This document shows positions 53,675 to 64,000 of a stretch of 64,000 bases of DNA, in pieces. The position numbers were made by a program, and so were the translations under genes. Source of the DNA: Octopus vulgaris (Eukaryota); NCBI GenBank assembly GCA_951406725.2, contig OX597821.1, positions 82,522,001-82,586,000 of the forward strand, in the 5' to 3' direction. Within the stretch, counting starts at the first letter, position 1. Every line of letters starts with the position of its first letter. The notes below the pieces were generated by a model, which saw only the letters and a program-made list of their open reading frames with translations, made no database searches and was not told the DNA's origin.

Positions 53675-56600
53675 TGTGTTTGTATTCATATATTTATGTA
53701 AATGGCAAAATGCATCTAACAGCAACAATTTTTATGTCACACATCAAGTGACTTAGGCAAAGGGGGGATATAATGGCAAAACATTCAACCAAAGCCAAGC
53801 ATGGTAAAACATATTAAAATGATAATGGGGTGGTGATGATAATGATTATATTAATATTTTAGTGTATAAGCCATCTGTTACAAGAAAAGCAAGTAGTATA
53901 CCTTTGGTGCTTATTTCAAGGACATCAAGTATGAAAAGGAAAACTTAGTTCCTTACAGAATTCAAAACTGAAGTACATAAACCTAGACTTTTTAAGTAGA
54001 TATTTAAATGGAGTTAGACTATTAACTTCACCTTTCAAGATTGACAAAAATAATTTCTTTACATCTACACAATACTTCGTTTGGTTTGGTCTCCAACTGT
54101 TAAGAGGGGATGTTTACATCGTATCAAACTGGATTTGAACCATGAACTTTTATTTTCAAACTGAGGGTAATTACGTTACATACCACTAAAACCTACTCGG
54201 CTAATGATGCTTGAGCATACTCCATTGTATGCCCAAGCAGTGTCAGAGTCAATCAATCTTATTCAACTTTTTGAAGACAGAACATATTTATGTTCCTCTA
54301 TTTTCAAAATAGGAAAATACTAAAGTTATTACCATTTAAAATTCACAAAAAAAAAAAAACCTTGAATCATAAAAATTAGCAAAGAGAATACTATATACTC
54401 TCTCTAAAAAAAAAAAAGATAGAACGAGTAAGCCAATTAGCCAACAAATTGGTTCAGTCCTTGCATAAGAGCAAATATTTCAAAATTTAAGAAAATATCT
54501 ATTCAACTTCTTTTATATACAAGGTTTCAGTTGCTCTTCTTTAATATGCTAAAATATTAAACTTTTATTAGAGTGTTTCCAAGTTTAGTCCTTTTGGAGC
54601 AATATGTATCCAAGAGCAAAGTATCAAAGATTGATGTGTGCTTGTTAACCTTTGATATTGGATCACTAAAACTTTTTAATTTTATACTATATATCATAAG
54701 TAAACAGATCAATGCTGATACATATTAGAATCAAGGAATATCGAAGTAGAAACTGGTAATAATGACACCATAAAGAACATGCTGGGAGCATGTGCTGTAC
54801 ATATCAAATTGGCAAACTTGAAATATAAAGTCCTTAAGTTATGCTATTTTATTTGATCTTCAATATCCGTTCTGATATGGGTTAAGTATATTGTTAATAT
54901 ATACATATATTTTCCTTTTAAAGCACATACAAGTGCACTACTTGAACCCTTTTGTGAATTAGAGACAATAATATAAAAATGAAGGACCAGTAGTGAAAAC
55001 TGTAACAGCTATAAGTACAACACTTCTGAACTGTAGAAAGTTATTGCTAAAAAAGTTTATTAATATTATCGTGTGTGTGTGTGTGTGTGCATGCATGTAT
55101 TACACAGATGAAATTGTGGGAGCTTGGAAACAAATAAGATTGACAGATACAAGTATCAAGCATGGTTAGGTGGCAAAGAAGATATACACACATACATATT
55201 GTAATTCATTTGGAGGAAAGGGTTGTGTCCATGGCTGCTATGTAGGGCCAGTGAGACGAATGTGAGAGATACCATTAATGTCCACCTTGAACAGTTGCAT
55301 GCCAATGGCTGCGGGGAAAGGTGTTAGGTAGAAATTCCAAAGGTTGAATCCACACTAGCAAGTTCTGGAATGGTGAATATGATATATCCCTGCTGATATA
55401 TACAACAAAACAACTACAGCTAACAGGAGAAAGACTCTGAACTGCTTGGTTTCAGTAACTCGTTTACCATCAGCACTTTAGTATAGAGGCATCTAGGCAT
55501 TGGAAAGATACTACTGCTAACTTTGTACTACAAAGATCACTGAACTTCGCACTATTTAAGTTCGGTCAATATAAATCTGTGGTCATCAGCAAGTGTGAGT
55601 AAAAGCAAGTGACTCACATTTTTAAACATAAAGGTGTGACTGTGTGAATGGTGAAGAAACTTTCATCACAACCACATAGTTTCAAGTTGTGTCCCATTGT
55701 CACATCGTGTACAAGTGTTTCTAATATGACCCAAGGCCAACCAAAGCCTTGTGAGTGAATTTGGTAGACAGAAACTGAAACAAACCCATAGTATATATGA
55801 GTGGGTCTGTGCAAATACATGTATTTTAGGATCCCCTTGCTTAAATATTGTGATAGCTGTAAATGAGAGTCACTGTTACACAAGCAGTATCATTCATTTC
55901 CAAAATTCTGCAAAACTAAGCCCGGTATTGGGGAGATATTACTTTACTTGGAAACAGGTGTGGGATAGTTGCAGGAAAGGTATCTAGCCATAGAAAATCT
56001 GTTTCATTAGATTTCATCCAACCCATGCAAGCTAAGAAAAGTGGATGCTATGATAACGATGATGTTTCACCCTTTCACTGAAATGCCCTAAACAACTATG
56101 ATTTGCCCTTTCATATTTAAATCAAAATACTAACATGTACCATACTGCTAAATTAGAGACAGACTGTTATTTCATTGGGTCAACACTTGTACACAGATAC
56201 TGTCACTGGGCTAATTTGTGTTTTCAGAATTTGCAGGTTATTATTTTCCAAATCCAATTTTATTCCTGAATTTCATTAACATTCTACTCTTTTTTAAAAA
56301 TCTTATAAACTTCAGATTTAATAGAAGCAAATCTGAATGATTTTCAAATTTTAGTAAATGAAAAAAAGGAAAAAAAGAAAAGAAAAGAAAAACAACACTA
56401 AGTATAACAATGATGGTCATATTTCTCTTCAATGTTATTCAGAAGAAATTGGACCCAATGAGTTATCCTCATGACTGAAAACCCATAGATAAAAAGTAAT
56501 TACTATGCAAAGTAAAATGGAAACAAGTGGATAAGCTGGATAAAAATTTGAGTATTTTGGCCATTAATATTATAATGGACATTTAGGAAGTTATATTGTA

Positions 56601-56859
56601 CAATATTAGCTAATGACTCATTTTATATGATGATATTAAAAAAAAAACCTTTAACCCTTTAGCATTTAAACTGACCACATGTGTCTCAAATATGCAATCT
56701 ATCTGTTTTGTGTAAATAAGAATTACATCAGAGTAATCTGAATGTTAAAAGGTTAAATATCTTTACTTTATCCCTGATTTTACTTCTACTTAATTGAAAT
56801 TAGAGTAGTTTTAAGATGAAAGTTCTCTTAACATATTTGTACACACCACTTTATATCTA

Positions 56860-57734
56860 CTGGGTGAGTAGAAAGTAACTAGGCATTAGAAACTGCTAAA
56901 AGAATTTTAAGTATCACTTAAGCCATGACAAAAACATTTTTTAAGCAAACAACACTAATGGGGATTTCCTATTTTCTTATTTATTATTTTCCAGATGGCC
57001 GATCACTTGATTGTTCAGGAGCAAGCAAAGATAGCAGCATGCTATGGAAGGTGGAATTCCATTGATTTGGTTCGGAGATGGTGGTATGTATGGAAAAGTA
57101 AGCATGCAACACTATGTCTGGAGACAATAAAAAGTTGTCATGCAAAGCTGATGACCACAGGTTCAGTGAAGAATGCAAGAAGAAGTGGCCATCCAACCAC
57201 ATCTCGATCAGCAGAGAACACAGCAACAGTGCAGGAAATGTTTAATCGTAACCCACAAAAATCAGCATGTCAAGTATTTGGTGAAAGTGGACCAACAAGA
57301 CACAGAATACGGATGATGTTGCATAAAGAATTGAATTTTTGTCTGTGGAAACCCCATTACATGCAGGAGCTAAAACCTGAAGACTGTGACAACAGAAGTC
57401 TGTGATTTTTACTTGTGGGGTTACACAAAAGAGGAGGTGGTGTACAAGACAAAACATCACACATGAGAGGACTTGGAGACACAAATTCAGGAGGTTCTCA
57501 ATGATATCCCAAACGACATCCTTCAGAAGTTTGTTCATTCCATCCCTGGCCATTTGATGCCACCAGTGCTTACATTGTCTTGTTGACGCCACCAGTGCTT
57601 ACATCGAAATATGAAGATTTACTTTCATTTTGCCATGTAATAAAGAACATGTATCATTTGTTTCAATAAATTTGGAAAAGCAATATGGATTTTATTACCA
57701 ATTTTAAATGCCTACTTACTTTTCACCCAGCCTG
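56860..57734 (+). mobile_element. Internally deleted Tc1/mariner-superfamily transposon
   Basis: ORF 56995-57405 resembles a transposase N-terminus (TGSV...RRSGHP...KPHYMQELKPED) joined directly to a CDFYLWG C-terminal motif, so the catalytic core is missing; imperfect TIRs (aaagtaa.taggcatt) and TA flanks. Confidence 0.85.
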
Positions 57735-58967
57735 TAGTTTACGAAACAACAGTTAATTTCACAATTATTTTATAATTTAAAACACACAGGCATTTCAATA
57801 AGAAATATCTGAAGAAAAGATTAACACTAAAGAAAAATTTAGACTAAATGAAAGGTTTACAAAACCAGCTGCAATGAGGCCAAGTATGGTTGGTTATGGA
57901 ATTAAGAAATTTGCTTTGCAACAATATTTCTTTCTACTCTAGGCCAGTAGCTCAAAATTTTGTGGGAGAAAGAGAGGCAGTCAATTAGATCGACCGCAGT
58001 ATACAACTGGTACTTAATTTATCAATCCCGAAAAGATGAAAAGCAAAGTCATCCTTGGTGGAATTTGAACTCAGAATATAAAGACAGACGAAATACCACT
58101 AAGCATTTCGCCAGGCTAACGTTTCTGCCAGCTTGCCGCGTTGCTTTGGCTGTGTCAAAAAAGTTACTTTGCCTTTTAATACCTAGCGATCACAAAACTG
58201 TTTTCACATCTACCAAATCTCATTTCCACACACACATATATTCATCCCACTTTGTTCTCAAACTTCAGTATTTGGTGAAAATGCTACACTGTCTTCTGTG
58301 TTATGTGAAGTGGCATCAAGAGAATGGTGAAAGTATGCAAAGGAAGAAATTACAAGTGTAAAGGAAGAGGTAGGTTAGCTCTAACATATTTGATTGCATA
58401 CTTGACTAAAAATAAATATATACTATTCTAAAAAGAAATTAAAAAGAAAATAACATTAATCAATGATTAATGTTATTTTCATTTTTCCAGCAATAATAAA
58501 CAGGTTTTGGTCTTATTCTGACCTCCTCGGTGAAGTACACTTTTTACTGTATTTGCAATATAGATAAGTCGGCTTAGCAGTAACATAACAGAAGGCATGT
58601 ACCCCAGGCACCGATTGAAAGCGGAGTACGCAGAATTGACCATAACCCAATAAGCTTGAACTCCATTTGTAAAATTTATAAAAGTAAACATTCAAAAAAT
58701 ATATTTTGAATTCCAGGCTGTACCAAACTGGCAGGTAAATGAACGCTGGTAAAGTATTGCTTTAAAACATTAATTACTTGTAACAAATAAATACTGTATA
58801 ATATTGGGGATTTTGTAATTGGGGAGAGAGCATTTCTGCAGCTTGTCCTGGGCACGGTTTACTCTAGTTACACCACTGCTTTGGGCAGATGTCTTCTACT
58901 ATGGCCCTGGGTTGACAAATGCTTTATGAGAGAATTTGGTATATAGAAACTATATGGAAAACTTCTA

Positions 58968-59362
58968 TCATCATCATCATCATCATTTAATGTCCATCTT
59001 CCATGCATGGGTAGGGCAGCTGACAGGAGCTAGCCAGGTAGAAAAACTACCCTAGGCTACTGTGTCTGTTTTGGCAGAGATTTTACAGCTAGGTGCCCTT
59101 CCTACCACCAACCACTCTACAGAGTGGACTCAGTGCTTTTTACGTGGCACTAGCACAGGTGAAGTTAGTTTTGGTATGATTTTTATAGCTGAATGCCCTT
59201 CCAAATGCCAACCACCTCACTGTGTGGACAAGGAATTATGAGAGGAGCAGGAGCATTCGAGGAGGAGAGCTTGCGTCAGAGAATGAAAGGTTAGAGTGTA
59301 ACAGAGAAATAGAGAGGCAGAAATAGGTGTCTTGCTATAGTGCTATAGAGTAGGTACATGGT

Positions 59363-59370
<8 letters not shown>
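58968..59370 (-). mobile_element. RTE 3' UTR-derived element, same family as 3940-4495
   Basis: (CAT)n tail and reverse-complement similarity to 3940-4480. Confidence 0.65.
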
Positions 59371-59438
<68 letters not shown>

Positions 59439-60512
59439 ATGTGTGACTGTGTGGATATGTATAGATGTGGCTTTTGTTTAATCTTTCAATGCTTGATTTG
59501 TTTCCACCCACCATAATTTAGCAATTCAGAAAAAGAAGAAAACAGAATAGTAACAGATAAAAAAAGAAGAACAACAGTTGATTTGATTGACTAAATCATT
59601 CAAGGCAGCCTCAAGCAAAGCCACAGTTCCAATAACTCAAACATGTACAAGAATTACAAAATGCCAGTTTCAAAACAATTCTATAAACAAAGAAAATCAT
59701 ACTTGCCATTAACTAACAGCTCAAATATTCTAATTGCACAAGTATATACAGTAAAGCATTCACCATGTTAGATATGGTAACACTAACAAACCTATTTCTG
59801 GATGGTATTTCACATTCTAACAATAAAAACGAAGCAGACCCTCAGAGCTGTACAACATACAGCAAGCCGCATGATAATGACAGTGATGATGTTGATGACC
59901 ATGGTGAAGGCAATAATGATGGTGATGATTAAAATGATGATGATAATAACAATAATAATAATGTCCCGATGCAGTACCAAGCAGTGGCTCCCATGGCTTC
60001 TCATCTTAACTGATTGGAAGTTTATGGTGCATATTGTTTTGTCTTGTAATAAAGGATGAGTTACAGCAAACATTCTGCTCAATACCATAGATTTGCTTGT
60101 GAGTTATTTGACCATAACCTGTTGAGCATGTCTCTCAGTGGCTGATAATATGTGCATCTCTGAGTAGTAGGGGAGTATCATAGCCATGTGTTGAGAGGAA
60201 TCCTTTGGGGTTTGGACAATTCCCCTTTGGAGACAATTCACCTTTCATTCAACATCCTTAAACAACCCTTATTCAGGGACCTTTTGAGCAGGATGGGCCA
60301 CTCGACCTGAAGAACATTCTAACTGGGACCCACTTGCAAAGTCATGCACAGTTTAATTTTGATATGAGATTACCATGTCGCACACATATGGCTGTGATGC
60401 ATGTGCCTGGTGTACCCTTATCAAATGGGTAGTCATGATGGGCTACTGAGCTCCGTATATTTTACCCCAGTGTCATTTTGATGGCATACACTGTTCTATC
60501 ACTCAATAATAA

Positions 60513-61170
60513 TAAAGGTTTCAAATTCTGGTACAAGGCCAATAATTTCAGAGGAGGGGCTTAGTCAACTGTATCAACCCTAGTATTCAACTGATACTTA
60601 TTATATATCGACCCCAAAAGGATGAAAGGAAAAGCTGACTTTGGTGGTACTTGAACTCTGAATGCTAAGTGCCAGAAGAAATGCTGCTATACATTTTGCC
60701 CAATGTAGTAACAATTCTGCCAGATCACCACTTTAATAATAATAATCCTTTCTACAATAGGCACAAGGTTTGAAATTTGTGGGGAGGGGACCAGTTGATC
60801 ACATGGACCCCAGTACTTGAATGGTACTTAATTTGTCGACCCCAAAAGGATGAAAAAGTAAAGTTGACCTCAGCAGAATTTGAACTCAGAACGTTAAGAG
60901 GGTGAAATACTGCTAAGCATTTTTCCCGGCGTGCTAACGATTCTACCAGCTCATTGCGTTAACAATAATAATAACCTTTTTACTATAGGCACAAGGCCTG
61001 AAATTCTGGGGGAAGTGACTAGTTGATTACATCAACCCCAGTGTTTCACTGGTATTTAATTTATCGACCATGAAAGGATGAAAGATAAAGTTGACCTTGG
61101 TGGAATTTGAACTCAGAACATGCAGATGGATGAAACGGCGTACTAACAATTCTGCTAGCTCGCCACCTTA
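60513..61170 (-). repeat. Three head-to-tail family-B SINEs just downstream of the RAR hinge exon
   Basis: Three units of about 220 bp separated by (AAT)n. Confidence 0.88.
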
Positions 61171-61254
61171 ATAATAATAATAATGGTGATGTGCAGAAAG
61201 TAAATTCCAGATACAATTTTTTTTTTAAATTTGAAAGAAAATAGAGGAACATAC

Positions 61255-61412
61255 ATGTTTATTTTCCTTAGTTTTGATGTAAGTCTGCTGATGATAACTG
61301 ACCAAGTCTTCCAACAGAGTTTTCTCACTCTCAGTCAATTCCTCTATGTGTATGGAATGTGTTCCATTTGCTGGTTTTGCTTTCTTCTTTTTGTTCCGAT
61401 CACTGCGTACAG
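61255..61412 (-). CDS. RAR: RAR-like hinge/T-box plus helix 1 exon, 158 nt
   Basis: ttttaaag|...|gtatgt, phase 1/0; xVRSDRNKKKKAKPANGTHSIHIEELTESEKTLLEDLVSYHQQTYIKTKENKH; VRSDRNKKKK matches the RAR-characteristic VRNDRNKKKK, and HQQTY resembles HQETF. Confidence 0.92.
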
Positions 61413-61694
61413 CTTTAAAACCAAGAAAACGAAAAAATCAAAAAACATATTAAACACAATCCTGTGAAGGGGCCTCAATGCAGGTGCCTGACAGGCTAAA
61501 AGAGACGGCAGCCAAATCTCCCTCGAATCACATCATATCAACTATAAAAATAAGAACACATTAGCTAGGGTAGTCCTGAAAAAGATGCAATACTTATGGC
61601 TGATAGGTTTTAGACAGGTTTTGCTCAATTAGGAATAGCAAGGAGTTAAAACAGCAACTTCTAACAATGATGCATTATATGAAAATATACTATA

Positions 61695-62093
61695 GGTGTA
61701 GGAGTGGCTCTTTGGTAAGTAGCTTGCTTACGAACCACGTGGTTCTGGGTTCAGTCCCACTGCGTGGCACCTTGGGCAAGCGTCTTCTGCTATAGCCTTG
61801 GGTTGACCAAAGCTTTGTGAGTGGATTTGGTAGACGGAAACTGAAAGAAGCCTGTCATATATATATGTATGTATATGTTTGTGTTTCTGTGTTTGTCCCC
61901 CCCAATATCGCATGACAACCAATGCTGGTGTGTTGACGTCCCCGTAACTTAGCGGTTTGGCAAAAGAGACCAACAGAATAAGTACTAGGCTTATAAAGAA
62001 TAAGCCCTGGGGTCGATTTGCTCGACTAAAGGCGGTGCTCCAGCATGGACGCAGTCACATGACTGAAACAAGTAAAAGAGTAAAGAGTAAGAG
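61695..62093 (+). mobile_element. Family-A tRNA-SINE, full length
   Basis: Highly similar to 6040-6485. Confidence 0.92.
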
Positions 62094-63399
62094 AATGTTA
62101 TATAGACCTAATATGTAGATCTATATTATATAGATCTAGGTGAGGACACATGGCCTAGTAGTTAGGTGCTGCACTCATGATCACAAAGTCATGGTTTCAA
62201 TTCCTAGACCAGGTGGTGCATAGTGTTCTTGAGCAAAACGCTTCACCTCACATTGCTCTGTGATCGCTTTAACACCTGATGTGTGGTACACCGTACACCT
62301 GTTCCGGGAGTAAGCTAATGTGTGGCACACACATTTGATTGCTACAAACAAATCATTTGTGCAGGTCATTTGGCAAAAGCTGAACACTCATACATTATTA
62401 TCTTCGATGGGAGCATCCATCATCTAGATCTGATGCAATTGTATATTACTAACATTACACTGTTCCATATACATTTATTGCACTCTATACTGCTAATAAC
62501 AGTTATTAAACTATGTGGCATTAATATTACATTTGCCCTCTTGTACCTTGAGAGTGACTTCTGACAACTCATCACCACCACCACCATTTTCCACCTGGGG
62601 TAGCTATGTATCTCTTCTATATCTTCCTATCCCTCTGTCATACTCCTGCCTCTCAACACCTAGACCAAGCTGCTGCCCTTAATACTACACACCACTCTAT
62701 CAACAGGTCTTGACTTATGAGATACTTGGCAATCTCAATAGTGCTAGTGACATGAAAAAAAGCATGCAGTACACTCTGTAAAGTGGTTGGTATTAGGAAG
62801 CTATAAAGTCTAGCTGACAAAACCATGCCATAAGAGACACTAGTGACTTATGCAGCCCTTTGACCTGCTGAAACCTATAAAACTGTCCAACCCATACAAT
62901 AAGAAAACAAAATTATGGTAATGATTATGTATTATTTAGAGATATTGTACTATTTGCAACTAATAATATAATACTATTCAATATAGGTCTATAGTACTAG
63001 ATACAACTAATAACATTATTCCAAGATACTGTCCAACATCATATAATCCAAAATTGAAGGAGACTGGTGAGAGTCTGTATCAACATCATTACTAATAAAA
63101 TTCAAGAGTTTACAAGAGCCAATAACTTTGGTTGCTGTGGGTAGAAAGGAGAAAAAGTCATCGTTTTTAACAAAGGTTTTTTTTTTCAATTGAATCCTCA
63201 AATCAAGGCCAGCAGAAGTGTGTGAAGAAGTAATCATAAAGTATGAAAGATCAAGAGAATGAGGTGTGGGAGAAGCACTGATGGGAGAACAGTGTATAAG
63301 TGTGATCGATAGGGGGAAGGAGGACTGGAAATTTAAAGTTAACCTGTGAAGGGCACATAGACACAATTACGAAAAAAAAAAAGGGGGGGGGTGCAAGCC

Positions 63400-63700
63400 A
63401 GAGAAAACCAGGGCCACCTATTGTCTCCTTTTCTATGAAGTTCACCAACACCAATTTGATAGCAACTCACCAACTCGGCAAACAAAAGCTCATATTTCAT
63501 CCAGGAATCTTGAGACCTGGCAATAGGAATACTTGCACCAAGTCCTTCTCTCACCTGAAGTCTGTTCTTTTGGGGTTTTTTTGCTTTTTGTTTCTGTGTC
63601 CTTGTCACAGGTTAACTCACACTCCCCTACAGTCATTCTTCCAACTACCTATCACACCATCTCTCTCTCCATATATAAATCCTGTCACACTGTTACTTCA
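63400..63700 (+). mobile_element. Penelope-like GIY-YIG endonuclease C-terminal remnant
   Basis: KQKLIFHPGILRPGNRN...SFS resembles the EQ..IF.LGTL.P.G.N..F end of Penelope-like ORFs; highly decayed. Confidence 0.4.
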
Positions 63701-64000
63701 CTTCATATAGTTTTTGTTTGTAAATGTTTTAACTCTTTAGCATTCACGTTATTCTGTCAAATGTAATGCTTATGCATTCACATTATTTTGAACATCATTT
63801 TGCATTGTCTATTTGTGTTGAGATTTCAATGATGTGCTTGTTTATTTTTAGTATGACATTGTAGGGTAGGTGTGAGAGGTTGAAAATGGCCAGTCTGTAC
63901 AAAACAGATATGGTATTTGGGCTGGATATGCTAAAGGGTTAAAAGTTGCTCTTCAATGATTTAATTGCTTCTGTTATAACACATAGTTTCAGATCTTGTA

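Noticed and set aside
33297-61412. Assignment of the receptor as TR, EcR/LXR or VDR
   Set aside because: The VRSDRNKKKK T-box, GDR.DL..P.RV..LQ.PLL, PLI.EML and intron phases fit RAR best; phylogeny is still needed for proof.
63016-63366. 116-aa minus-strand ORF as a possible RAR DNA-binding exon
   Set aside because: No C4 zinc-finger cysteines; the DBD exons are not in this window.

Overview
AT-rich, repeat-dense animal genomic DNA. The mix of tRNA-derived SINEs (including Nin-domain-like ones), RTE/CR1 LINE ends, mariner/pogo/piggyBac-type MITEs and long microsatellites suggests a cephalopod such as octopus; this is inferred from recognition, not a database hit. Two genes are well supported. 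One is an intron-containing tRNA-Ile(UAU) at 359-467 (+). The other is the 3' half of a retinoic acid receptor (RAR/NR1B)-like gene on the minus strand: hinge exon 61412-61255, probable 39-nt micro-exon 49939-49901, and LBD exons 39839-39687, 38767-38563, 36410-36252 and 33397-33297 (stop). Its zinc-finger exons must lie beyond the right edge. Most other listed ORFs are microsatellite artefacts or decayed transposon pieces. Most notable: (1) several unrelated minimal type I hammerhead-ribozyme motifs in Penelope-like elements, one with an intact core, one as a head-to-head pair, and one fused to a tRNA-derived Pol III head; (2) a strongly remodelled RAR ligand pocket; (3) the RAR micro-exon. 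Repeat boundaries were read by eye and are approximate.
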